Of a DNA stretch of 64,000 nucleotides, positions 14,203 to 25,814 are shown piece after piece. Position 1 is the first letter of the stretch; each line of letters opens with the position of its first letter. The notes beneath the pieces were generated by a model. That model had not been told where the DNA came from and searched no databases. It was given only the letters and a program-made list of their open reading frames with translations. This DNA is from Chiloscyllium plagiosum (Eukaryota). The stretch lies in contig NC_057719.1 in NCBI RefSeq assembly GCF_004010195.1, positions 81,400,840-81,464,839 on the forward strand, read 5' to 3'. Both the position numbers and the translations under genes were made by a program.

Positions 14203-14481
14203 TTCTGGACAGCTGAAAATACAGGTAAGTCAATTTTTAAATGTTTCTTGGGGTTCCAAAATCTTTCCAATGCCCCAAGAAATCCTGATGACCTGGATTG
14301 GGCGGGTTAAAGGACCCTCCTGCTCCTGCTGCGATGCGAAGCTCTGCAGTGTGATCTTCTCAGATCACCGCCATCTTTGATCCCCCTCAAATTCTTCTTA
14401 AATCCTTCCCCTCTTACCTTAAACCTACACCCTCTAGTTTTAATTCCCCATCCCTGGAAAAAAGACTATATACATTCATCC

Positions 14482-15924
14482 GATGAGACCAGACAGAGTA
14501 CCAGGCCGTGCACTCAGAGCTTGCGCAGATGTCTTCTCGGAAATCTTCAACCTCTCCCTGCAGCAGGCCACTGTCTTTGCCTGTTTCAGGAGGGCCAACA
14601 CCATCCCTGTGCCTAAGAAGGCTCATGAAGCATGTCTCAGTGACTACTGCTCAGTGGCCCTAACTTCGGTGGTCATGAAGTGCTTTGACAGGCTAGTCAA
14701 GGCATTAATCAACTCCAGCCTCCCCACTACTCTTGACCCACTCCAATTTGCTATTGGACCAACAGATCTACATCTGATGCCATATCACTTGCCCTTCACG
14801 CATCCCTGACACCAAGAACAGCTATGTAAGAATCCTGCTCATTGACTACAATTGAGCCTTCGACACTATTATCCCTTCACAACTGATTACTAGACTTAGT
14901 GATTTCAGACTAAACCCCACTCTCTGCGACTTGACCCTCCGTTTCCTAACCCAAAGGCCACAATCAGTGAAGATTGGGGACAATATTTCATCCTCACTAA
15001 CATTCAACACTGGAGCCACCCAGGGGTGCATATTCAATCCCCTACTGTTTACCCATAACTCTGTCGCCAAATACTAGACTAATGCCATTTACATGTTCGC
15101 TGATGACACAACCATAGTTAGTCAAATCTCAGATGGCAACAAAACAGACTACAGATGGGAGGGTGGAAGACCTGGAAAAATGGTGCACTAAGAACAACCT
15201 AGCTCTCAATGCTGGCAAACCCAAGGCAAAACCAAGGGACTCATTATTGACTTTCAGCAGGATGTTACTCATGCCCCCCTATACAGAAGTAGAACAAGTG
15301 GAGAATGTCAAGCTTCTGGGAGTGGTCATCAACAACAAGCTTTCTTGGACTATTCGTGTGGACGCACTGGTTACAATGGCCCAACAACGTCTCTTCTTCC
15401 TCAGGCAGCTGAGGAAATTTGGCATGATGGCGAATGGTCTTGCCAGGTTTTCTAGGTTTGCCATTGAGAGCATTCTGGATGTATCAATATCTAGTATGGT
15501 AACTGTACCATTCAAGATCTGAACGGTTACAGAGAATGGTGAACGCGGCTTGGACAATCACAAAGGCCAACCTCCCATCTATAGAATCCATCTATGAGGC
15601 CCGCTGGTCAAGGAAAGGCTGCCAGCATTCTCAAAGATTAATCCCACCCTGGCAATGTTTTTCTACAACCTCTACCATCGGGAGAAGGTACAGAAGCCTG
15701 TATACACACACCAGCCGGTTTCGAAACAGTCTCAACCCTACTGCTGTTAGCATACTGAATGGACTCTCAAACTCTTAGCATTCAACTGTACCTGTGTTTT
15801 TGTTTTGCTGCTGTTTACCTATTATTTACTTATCTATGCAATTTAACTATGTGATCTGCCTGTATTGCTCACAAGACAAATCTTTTCACTGTGCCTTGGT
15901 ACACGTGACAATAAATTCAATTCA
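14482..15924 (+). mobile_element. Rex1/Babar-clade LINE, 5'-truncated RT fragment
   Basis: PDRVPGRALRACAD..FNLSLQQATV..IPVPKK..VALTSVVMKCFDRLV..LDPLQFA; FADDTT; AQQRLFFLRQLRKFG; (ATTCA)n tail; ATTCATCC duplicated at 14474-14481 and 15925-15932. Confidence 0.88.
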
Positions 15925-17753
15925 ATTCATCCTATTTATGCCCCTCGTGATTTTATACACCTCAATAAGGTTACACCTCATTTTCCTGTATTTCAGAGAA
16001 TAAAATCCTATCCTGGCTAACCTCTTTCTGAAACTCACTCCTACTAGTCCTAGCAGCATCCTTGTAAATCTTGTTAGCACACTTTTAAGTTTAACAATAT
16101 CTTTCCTATAACAGGGTGACCAAAACTGTATATATTATTCCAAGTGCAGCCTCACCAACAACTTATACAACTGTAACATAAAGTCCCAATTCCTATACTT
16201 AGTGCCTCACCTGATGAAGGCCAGCATGCTAACTGCCTTCTTCACCACCATGTCTACTTGTGGCGCTGCAGTCAAAGAGCTATGTACTTGTTCTCCTAGG
16301 TCCCTCTGTTCCACAATGTGCCTCAGGAGCTTATCATTTACTATATTAATTCCACCTTGGTTTGACTTTGCAAAGTGCAACACCTTTCACTTAGCTGTAA
16401 GATCCCTCATTAATGTTTGATAATCTTCCTCGCTATCAACGATACCTCCTAATTTTGTATCATCCCCAAACTTACTAATCATGCTTTGTACATGCACATC
16501 CAGATCATTTATATAAATAACAAATAACCAAGTTCCCAGCACCGACCCCTGTGGCGTACCGCAAGTCAGTGCAAAAATCAACCTTCAATCATCGCCCTCT
16601 GCTTCCTACCATTGAGCCAATTTTTAATCCAATTAGCAAGCCCTCTCTGGATCCCATGCAACCTAACCTTCATGCCATGTGAGACTTGTCAAATGCCTGA
16701 CTAAAGTCCACATAGACACTGCTCTACCCTCATTTATCCTCTTGGTACCTCTTTGAAAAACTCTAAAAGATTTGTCAGACATGACTTATCGTGCTCAAAT
16801 GCAAGCTGACTATCCTTAATCAGATCTTGACTGTGCAAATGTTGGTTGATCCTGTCCTTCAGTACTTTCTCCAACAACTTGCCAACTACTAATGTCAGCC
16901 TCACTGGCCTGTATTTTCCTGGCTTGTCTTTGCTACCTTTCTTAAACAATGGTTAGTTTAGGATATGTAACTCCAATTTTAGCTAGTTACCAATCTCAGT
17001 TGATTCATGCCTGAGGGTCACTGCACCTCATGGCAAAGTTGAAAAGGCAACAACTTCACAGTAACCTCAGCTGGTATAAGAATTGAACCCACACTATTCA
17101 CATTATGTTGAATTGCAAAACAGCCATCTGAGCCATGTAACCCCTGATGACAGACAAATGTTATCTATGCTACAATTATGTATTTCAAAGATTCCCAAAT
17201 ATGAATCATTGAAGTATTATGATGCACTGATCTCTTGTTGATGTAATTCTCCCTTATTAATTCCAGTAAGAAGAATATGCATGGTTCCGTTTTAATTTCA
17301 TGAATTATTGTGCTTGACTATATATGTATTAGGAGACTCAATTTTGTAGGTCTGGCTCCAAATCTATTAGGAACAAAATTCCAAGTACTGATTGAAAGTG
17401 CATGGGCGAAGCTAACGTTCCATCCTTTAACAGAATTGTAAAGAAAATACTCTTAACATGAATGTAGTCCAGTACTACTAAGAGTACTAATAGTTATAAT
17501 ATTTAACACTCAATCGTTATTGATTGTTTGCTTTTCCCATTTTTGTTTTAGCTAGTCCTCTCAAATGGCTCGTTTACCTTTTGTGTCCATTCCAGCAAGG
17601 TGACTCAACTCAACAAGAAATTTTATTTTGAATTTACTTGTATTGTTATTTAGTTTTTGATTACATAAATGATTGTGAGGCTGTAGAAAGCTAATCCAGT
17701 CAATGTCACAATGTTTCCAATGTTTTCAATGTTTTTCTCGTCAAATTGATTCA

Positions 17754-18032
17754 TTGCTGCCTCACAGCGCCAGGGACCCTGTCTGTGTGGAGTTTGCACA
17801 TTCTTCCCCTGTCTATGTGGGTTTCCTGTGGGTGCTCTGGTTTCCTTCCACAGTTCAAAGATGTAACAGTTTAGGTTGTTTGGCCATGCTAAATTGCCCA
17901 TAGTGTCCATGGATAGGTGGATTTACCATGGAAAATGCAGTGTTACAGGAATAGGGCGGGGGATGGGTGTGGGTAGGTGTCTACTCGATCGGCAGAATGG
18001 TCTTTTTCCGCACGAAGGATTCTGTGATTCTA
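17754..18032 (+). mobile_element. HE1-type V-SINE (diverged)
   Basis: CTGCCTCACAGCGCCAGGGACCC..GTGTGGAGTTTGCACATTC..GCTAAATTGCCCATAGTGT. Confidence 0.85.
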
Positions 18033-18629
18033 TCTTGGTACAAGTGTAAGGAATTAAAGGATCATTGAGCAGAGTACCAGAAATACAACATTTTCTAATT
18101 AATATTGAATACTTACTTATTCTTAGGTAGCAAATTATTTCAGCTACTATAACTAAAAACATCTCTTCTTGAAGAATATGAAATCCTTTTTTCAAAATTC
18201 AGGCATCATGGATCTTATGGCATGGTGGTTTAAGTTAGTTGTTTTGTAGCAAGGAGTTTTTCAGGTAGATAACTAGAGCTGACATCCTATGTATTAGGTT
18301 TTCTCAGTACTATTGATATATCATTCTTTTCATTGCTTGGATTATCTTGCTTTTCTTCTCATAAAAAAACATCTTCTGCGCTGGAACATGGATCCATAGG
18401 ATCAAGCAACCTCTGGAATTTCAAGTGCCAATTCCTCCTGTGCCAATCAAGACATTGTCCCTAGATTCTGGAACCTTCACAGCCAACCTGTGTTTTCCAT
18501 ATACACCTTCCAGCATAAGAATGAAATCACAAAACAGTAATATTTTCTCGCCCAAATTTATATTAGCAACTGAACATATTACTACAGTTATTTACTGATT
18601 CGTTTCTCAGGGCTATGTATTAACCATTT

Positions 18630-20105
18630 GGACACTCTCATTCGTTTGGCCGAACTGGTCCTCACCCTTAACAATTTCTCCTTCGAATCCTCCTACTTCC
18701 TCCAGACCAAAGGGGTAGCCATGGGCACACGTATGGGCCCCAGTTATGCATGTCTCTTTGTTGGCTACGTAGAACAGTTGATCTTCCGTAATTACACCGG
18801 CACCACTCCCCACCTCTACCTCCACTTCATTGATGACTGCATTGGCGCCACCTCGTGCACCCGCAAGGAGGTTGAGCAATTCATCAACTTCACCAACACA
18901 TTCCACCCTGACCTTACATTTACCTGGACCATCTTTGGCACCTCCCTCCCCTTCCTGGACCTCTCCATCTCCATTAATGACNNNNNNNNNNNNNNNNNNN
19001 NNNNNNNNNNNNNNNNNNNNNNNNNNNNNNNNNNNNNNNNNNNNNNNNNNNNNNNNNNNNNNNNNNNNNNNNNNNNNNNNNNNNNNNNNNNNNNNNNNNN
19101 NNNNNNNNNNNNNNNNNNNNNNNNNNNNNNNNNNNNNNNNNNNNNNNNNNNNNNNNNNNNNNNNNNNNNNNNNNNNNNNNNNNNNNNNNNNNNNNNNNNN
19201 NNNNNNNNNNNNNNNNNNNNNNNNNNNNNNNNNNNNNNNNNNNNNNNNNNNNNNNNNNNNNNNNNNNNNNNNNNNNNNNNNNNNNNNNNNNNNNNNNNNN
19301 NNNNNNNNNNNNNNNNNNNNNNNNNNNNNNNNNNNNNNNNNNNNNNNNNNNNNNNNNNNNNNNNNNNNNNNNNNNNNNNNNNNNNNNNNNNNNNNNNNNN
19401 NNNNNNNNNNNNNNNNNNNNNNNNNNNNNNNNNNNNNNNNNNNNNNNNNNNNNNNNNNNNNNNNNNNNNNNNNNNNNNNNNNNNNNNNNNNNNNNNNNNN
19501 NNNNNNNNNNNNNNNNNNNNNNNNNNNNNNNNNNNNNNNNNNNNNNNNNNNNNNNNNNNNNNNNNNNNNNNNNNNNNNNNNNNNNNNNNNNNNNNNNNNN
19601 NNNNNNNNNNNNNNNNNNNNNNNNNNNNNNNNNNNNNNNNNNNNNNNNNNNNNNNNNNNNNNNNNNNNNNNNNNNNNNNNNNNNNNNNNNNNNNNNNNNN
19701 NNNNNNNNNNNNNNNNNNNNNNNNNNNNNNNNNNNNNNNNNNNNNNNNNNNNNNNNNNNNNNNNNNNNNNNNNNNNNNNNNNNNNNNNNNNNNNNNNNNN
19801 NNNNNNNNNNNNNNNNNNNNNNNNNNNNNNNNNNNNNNNNNNNNNNNNNNNNNNNNNNNNNNNNNNNNNNNNNNNNNNNNNNCCTCCCCCACTCACCTAT
19901 TGTACTCTATGCTACTTTCTCCCCACCCCCACCCTCCTCTAGCTTATCTCTCCACGCTTCAGGCTCTCTGCCTTTATTCCTGATGAAGGGCTTTTGCCCG
20001 AAACGTCGATTTCGCTGCTCCTCGGATGCTGCCTGAACTGCTGTGCTCTTCCAGCACCACTCATGCAGAATCTGGTTTCCAGCATCTGCAGTCATTGTTT
20101 TTACC
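18630..20105 (+). mobile_element. Penelope-like element (RT, 900-N gap, pseudo-LTR)
   Basis: LVLTLNNFSF..FLQTKGVAMGTRMGPSYACLFVG..FIDDCIG..LPFLDLSI; 3' pLTR with CTGATGA..GAAAC. Confidence 0.9.
19976..20010 (+). ncRNA. Putative minimal type I hammerhead ribozyme in Penelope pLTR
   Basis: CUGAUGA-A-GGGC(UUUU)GCCC-GAA-ACGU-C; palindromic ACGU helix III and GUC cleavage triplet; stem I is weak. Confidence 0.65.
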
Positions 20106-20339
20106 TGGAGGCAACCTGTCTGGTTCAAAGTTTAAATAAACCTGAGCAGTTAATTGGTAGTTATCATTAACTGGTGCGTTCTCCATGGCGACATCTCTAC
20201 CAATCAGACTACACTTGTTGACCAGTGAGCACTATTCTCTCAAACTGTATAAATTGATTTTCTCTTTAAATTTATAGCCTGGTGAACTGTCTTAATGAAT
20301 GCTATTATGTAAGAAGGTTGGCAAGAAAAAGCCAGGGAG

Positions 20340-20525
20340 TTTTTGCACGATGTCGGTGCTGAGTCGGTTTCCAGAGATGGAGATGGAAAGTTCCAGGAAG
20401 GGGAGGAAGGTGTCAGATATGGTCCAGGTGAATTTGAAGTCAGGGTGGAAGGTGTGGGTGAAGTTGATGAACTGTTCAAGCTTCTTTTGGGAGCAAGAGT
20501 CAGCACCGATACGGTCATCAATGCA
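20340..20525 (-). mobile_element. Penelope RT fragment
   Basis: Reverse complement of the RT segment at 18830-18980 (CIDDRIGADSCSQKELEQFINFTHTFHPDFKFTWTI). Confidence 0.85.
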
Positions 20526-20534
20526 GCAGGGGAT

Positions 20535-21540
20535 GATTAAGTCAGGGCACTATAAACTGGTGAGCCTGATGTCATTGGAGGAGATTCTGAGGGACAGGTG
20601 TACATGTATTTGGAAAGGCAAGGATTGACTAGGGACAGTCAACATTGCTTTGTGCATGGGAAATCGTGTCTCACTGACTTGATTGAAGAAGTTTGATGAA
20701 GACATTATCTATATGGACTTCAACAATGCATTCGATGAGGTTCCGCTTGTTACACTGGTTAGCAAGGTTAGATCATATGGAATTACAGAGAGAGATAGTC
20801 ATTTGGGTGAAAAATTGGCTCAAAGGTAGGAGACAGATGATGGTGTTAGAGGGTTGCTTTTAGACTGGAGGCCTGTGATCAGCAGTGTGCGAGTAGAATC
20901 ATTGCTGGCTCCACTGCTTTTTGTCATTCACGTAAATGATTTGGATGTGAATATAGGAGGTGTGGTTAATGTGTTTGCAGATGACACCTAAATTAGTCGT
21001 AAAATGAACAGCCAAGAACCTTATCTCAGAGTACAACGGGACTTTGATCAAATGGGTAAATGGACCATGGAGTTTAATTTGGAGAAATATGCGATGCTGC
21101 ATTTTGATAAGACAAATCAGGGCAGGACTTGCATACTCATGGTAAGGTCTTGGGGAATGTTGCCAAGTAAAGAGGCCTTGGGGTGCAGGTTCATACTTGG
21201 TTGAAAGTGGAGTCACAGGTAGACAGAGTAGTGAAGAAGTCATTTGGTACGCTTACCTTTATTGGTCAGTGCTTTGAGTATCGGAGTTTAGAGGTCATGT
21301 TGTGGCCACTTTTAGAATACTGCATTCAATTCTCGTCTCCCTGCTATAGGAAAGATGTTGTGAAACTTGAAAGGGTTCAGAAAAGATTTACAAGGATGTT
21401 GTCAGGGTTGGAGGTTTTGAGTTGTTGGGTTAGACTAGGGCTATTTTCCTTGGAATGTCAGAAGCTGAGAGGTGACCTTATAGAGGCTTATAAAATCAAG
21501 AGAGGCATGAATAGGATGAATAGCAAAGGTCTTTTCCTGA
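20535..21540 (+). mobile_element. CR1 RT/3' fragment
   Basis: HGKSCLTDLIE, YMDFNNAFDEV, FADDT, LEYCIQFSSPCYRKDVVKLERVQKRFTRML. Confidence 0.88.
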
Positions 21541-22910
21541 CCCATATCCCTTCAAACCTTTTCTATGCATTTATCTATCTGAATGTCTTTTAAACGTTGT
21601 AATTGTACCCACATCCACCACTTCCTCAGGAAGTTCATTTCATACACAAATTACCCGCTGTGTAAAAAAATTTGCCTCATTCGTCTTTTTTAAATCTCTC
21701 TCCTTTCAGCTTAAAAATGTGCTTCCTAGTCTTGCAATTCACTATCTTATGGAAAAGACAACTACCATCAATTCTATCTATACCACTCATTATTTTATAA
21801 ACTTCTATCAGGTTGCCTCTCAATCCCCTACGCTCCAGTGAAAAAAGTCCCAGCCTGCCCAGCCTTTGTTTTTAACTCAGATCTTCTGTACCCGGTGTTA
21901 TAAAGCTGTGGGTGTACTGTACCTTTAAGAGAGTTAAAAGCTACCAGAACTACCTGACAGCACCAAGTGTTCTGAATAATAAACAATGAAACATGTGGTC
22001 CAGTAGCTAGGTTAGCTGGTTGCCTGGAAACAAAAACAAATTTGAATTTGGCCAATTAATTTAAATTATACCCTAAAAATAAACCAAACTCCAATCAAGT
22101 TTGAATTTAATATATTGACAAGACTAAAAGCCAATGGCACAATCCAATGCTTCAGGTGTATAAGACCGGGAAAGATTGAACAGTTGGGGAGAACTGCCAA
22201 AAGACCAACAGATGTGGACTGCTAGTCAGAATTCTCTGTCTAGAGGAGAAGTTTACACAGAGAAAAACATCAACTCTAAACCGGAGAGCAAATTTACAGA
22301 GGAAGATATAAAAAGAAGATTCGACCGCTGGCTGGTTTTGAAATTTGAATTTTTGGTAAATCTTAATCGGGGGTTTTATTGAACTAGTATTATACAAAGG
22401 AAAGTAAAGGATAGGTTAGAGGAAGGGATTGTAAATAGTTGTTAGTTAATTATTCTCTGTTATACTTTTAGAAATAACGTTGTTAATTTTTACTTTAAAT
22501 AGTTCTTGGCCTCTCGAATTTTCACAGATTACTACATGGGATAAATCATTTGTGTTGCTGGTTTAAATTAAACAGAGTTGCTGTAACACCGGGAACATCC
22601 TGGTAAATCTCTTCTGAACTCTGTCCAGCTTGGTAATATCCTTCCTGTAACTGGGTGACCAGCACTGGACACAGTATTCCAGAAGAGACCTGACCAATGT
22701 CCTATGCAACCTCAACATATGCCCCATATGACCAACATATGGTCAAAGAACTGAGCAAATGTGCTAAATGTCTTTTTAACCACTCTGTCTATATGTGACA
22801 CAAACTTTAAAGAATTATGTACCTCCACCCCTCGGTCTCTCTGTTCCACAACACTATCCAAAGCCCTACCATTAATTGTATAAGCAGTATCCTCATTTGT
22901 TATACATTTA
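21541..22910 (-). mobile_element. Antisense CR1 3' fragment interrupted by a solo LTR
   Basis: YTINGRALDSVVEQRDRGVEVHNSLK..IDRVVKK; sequence resumes exactly across the LTR. Confidence 0.85.
21896..22588 (+). mobile_element. Solo LTR (693 bp), Gypsy-like
   Basis: TGTTA...TAACA inverted termini; 4-bp TSD CCGG at 21892-21895 and 22589-22592; several CCAAT boxes then TATAA near 22160 suggest + orientation. Confidence 0.88.
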
Positions 22911-23399
22911 AGACATATTTTGAAAAGCGTCGAGAATCTTGCAGCTGCTCTTGGCATTGCAGGCTTAGTTAAAGATTTATTACAGTTTTTTTACAGTTAT
23001 TATAGTCATTATGTATTACAAATAAGATTATTTTCCATTTTGTTTCATGTACATTAAAAAACAAACAAAAAAATTGTGATTGTTTTTCAAATTGACTTTT
23101 TTTTAAACAAGATTGTAAGGATATACAGTGAACAGCTGAGGGTTTCTTATTTTTAATTCAAAAGTTTAAAAAGTCCATGTGTTTTAGAGGGTTTTTTTTA
23201 ACATTGCAAAGGTTTTTTTTTTGAAAAGACCAAACAGGTTTTTTAAAATGAGTTGTGTTTTCGTTTCGGAGAGTCCTTCACAGGGTCACCTCTGGAGGTG
23301 ATTTCTTTTCTTTGAGGCATTTGTTGAAGAGGAGTTTTTTAATTCAGTTAATCAGCTAAGTGATTGATTTAAGTTTTATATGTTTGATGTATATATTTT

Positions 23400-24330
23400 T
23401 AATTTTTTCCCATTTTAATATGGAAGTAATGAAAGGTAGTTTATTTTATATATAAGGCATTATTGAAACATTCTTTTTTTAGGCTTAATGTTATTAAGGC
23501 CATTTATGAGGAACAGAGCGAGATGGCTAGTAGATTTAGAAAAGTTATTACACAGCAGAATCAGTCAGATGGGTGACTGTTAGGAAAGGTAAGGTCTTAC
23601 CAAATGTCTCCGGTAGCTGTTCCTCTCTCAAATAGATATTCAATTTTTGAGCTGTTGAAGGGGATTGTCTCTCTGAGGAAAATGGAAGGACCAGTCAGTT
23701 ATTTGACTTTGGAATGATCCTTATGTTAGACAGTGTTTGACAGGATTTAATAAATTATTGTTATGGGGACTCTCCTAAGAAGGGCATAGACAGGAGATTC
23801 TGTGGCTATGAGTGTAAATTTAAGATGGTTTGTTGCCTTTCTGGTGCTAGGATTAAGAACATCTCTAAACATTTCAAGTATATTATTAAAGGTGAGATTA
23901 AGAATAAAGGTGAGATTAAGAAGCCATAAATTATTGCAAATTGGTAGGAATGACATTTTTTAGGGAAAAGATTAAAGCAGTTCAGAGTGGATTTAAGAGG
24001 TTAGGTAGAAGATTAAAAATAGACCCTTAAAAGTAGTAATTTCTGGTTTACTCCCATTGCCAGACACAAACACAGAAAGGAACAAAAGGTTAACGGAGAT
24101 AAATCAATTGTTGATGACCTGTTGTATTGTTCACGGAATATAGACAGTCAGAATGTCTTCTGGAATATAAAAATCTGTTCAAAAAGGATAGGTCTAACCT
24201 AGACTGGAAAGCGATCTCTTAGCAGGGAGATTTGCTCATTCCATTAAGTCTTTACACTGAGAGAGAGGGGGAGTGAAGGAATTCTAAGTAGCAGTATAAA
24301 CAGAAGGATTAATGGGGAAGGTTTTGAATG
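23400..24330 (+). mobile_element. Decayed, AT-rich CR1 ORF1 (SGNH/GDSL esterase-like domain)
   Basis: VMGDS..GIDRRFCG..KMVCCLSGARIKNIS..IGRND..VVISGLLP..LFKKDRSNLDW..LAGRFA. Confidence 0.65.
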
Positions 24331-24384
24331 TGAGGAGAACATGTCAGTTAGAAAATAAAGACAAGAAAGAGAGAAGAAATATTT

Positions 24385-24630
24385 AAAAGGCACGAAAGAG
24401 GCAATCTTTTCATGTTTCGGGTGGTGCATGTATGGAATGAACTGCCAGAGGTGGTAGAGGCTGGTACAATTACAACATTTAAAAGGCATCTGGATAGGAA
24501 CATGAATAGGTTTAGATGGATGTGAGCCAAATACTGGCAAATGGGACTAGATTAATTTAGAAAACCTGGTTGGCTTGGATGAGTTGGACCAAAGGATATG
24601 TTTACGTGCTGTGCATCTCTATGAACCTGA
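24385..24630 (+). mobile_element. CR1/HER1 3' end
   Basis: Matches 6080-6310. Confidence 0.85.
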
Positions 24631-25199
24631 GTGTAAGACAAAAGCTTCAAGAAAGTATGATTTTCTGCAGCAATACAAGTCTGTACTGTCAAACAAGTAA
24701 ATATGTTATAAGCATGCTGGTTAGTACCAAACTATCAAGTTCCCATTTTACAGAGGTTATGTGAGGTGGCAGTGTAGTGGTAATGTTGACTAGTAACCCA
24801 GAGGCCCACACTAATATTCTGGGGATGTAGGTTCCATTTCCAGCATGGCATCATGTGGATGTAGAGGCTGGCTCCCTTGCTGGTTTGATGTTTGAATTGG
24901 CTGATATATATTCACAAGTCATTAAATATCCTGATTTGTCCCAGGACATGGTAGTTGTCCCTTGTATCCCTGGTGTAACATGGGCATCGTATCTTGGCAT
25001 AATGCTTTTGATATTTGGAATTGTTTGCCTTTAAAATGATTTGCAGCGATATACCAGGTTCATCACTGCTTGGCCAAAAGTGAATGAATCTTTTCAGTCA
25101 CTTCTCAGGCCATTATCAGGCCATCTTTGGATAATGAATTGGTTCAATGTTAACAAGCTTCTGGAATAATCCAAAACCAATCCCTCTGCCTTGATCTCT

Positions 25200-25770
25200 C
25201 TCCAAATGTATGACCTCGTCCGGAAAGAGGAGTGGATCTCCAAAACATCTGAACTCTGTGATCACCTTCAATAAAGGAGAGATATGTTCAATTATAGTTA
25301 CTACATGAGTCTGCCTAGTGACAACCACAGAGAAGGTCATTGTAAAAGTCCTCCTCAATTACGATTTGAAAATACCGGTGTTGGACTGGGGTGTACAACG
25401 TTAAAAATCACACAACACCAGGTTATAGTCCAACAAGTTTAATTGGAAGCACTAGCTTTTGGAGTGCTGCTCTTCATCACCTGATGAAGGAGCAGTGCTA
25501 CGAAAGCTAGTGCTTCCAGTTAAACCTATAGGACTATAACCTGGTGTTGTGTGATTTTTAACTTCTCAATTACCTCTTCCTAGTGGCTAAATAGCTCCTC
25601 CTAGAGTCTTAATGCATATTCCATCCATCGAGAGGCATAATGGACTTAATCTTCTCAGCGAAACAACTCAAAGAAAAGTGCAGATAGCAGCAGCAATCTC
25701 TATACTTAGCCTTCTTCAACCGCACAAGAGCTGTCAACTGACAACTAGAAGGGATAATGGAAAGTCGAAG
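25200..25770 (+). mobile_element. RTE-clade LINE RT fragment
   Basis: TEKVIVKVLLN then, after the insert, PSRGIMDLIFSAKQLKEKCR*QQQSLYLAFF, matching the RTE motif RGTxDMIFxxRQLQEKCREQ. Confidence 0.7.
25363..25564. mobile_element. Palindromic Penelope-derived insertion with hammerhead motif
   Basis: ~80-bp inverted arms 25400-25562 centred near 25481; TSD CTCAATTAC at 25354-25362 and 25565-25573; CAC-CUGAUGA..CGAAAGCUA/GUG. Confidence 0.85.
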
Positions 25771-25814
25771 AGAATATCGATGAAGACGTGGGTGGAATTT
25801 ATTGGGTTTTTAAA

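Larger units (their letters stand above)
9340..14386 (-). mobile_element. Near full-length L1-clade LINE (5'UTR, ORF1, ORF2, 3'UTR, poly-A)
   Basis: ORF1 and ORF2 remnants in order; AATAAA and A-tail at ~9340-9365; 5' end GGGGGATCAAAGATGGCGG; two assembly gaps inside. Confidence 0.92.
9098..16950 (-). mobile_element. CR1/HER1 LINE host copy broken into three pieces (~9098-9339, ~14387-14481, ~15925-16950) by L1 and Rex1 insertions
   Basis: Pieces are colinear once the inserts are removed; RT motifs FKKGSKDKPGKYRPVRLT, KSCLTNLLEFF, GTPQGSVLG..YINDL..SKFGDDTKLG. Confidence 0.85.

Noticed and set aside
18982..19881. Long 350-450 aa ORFs in the ORF track
   Set aside because: Artefacts of a 900-N assembly gap inside a Penelope element.
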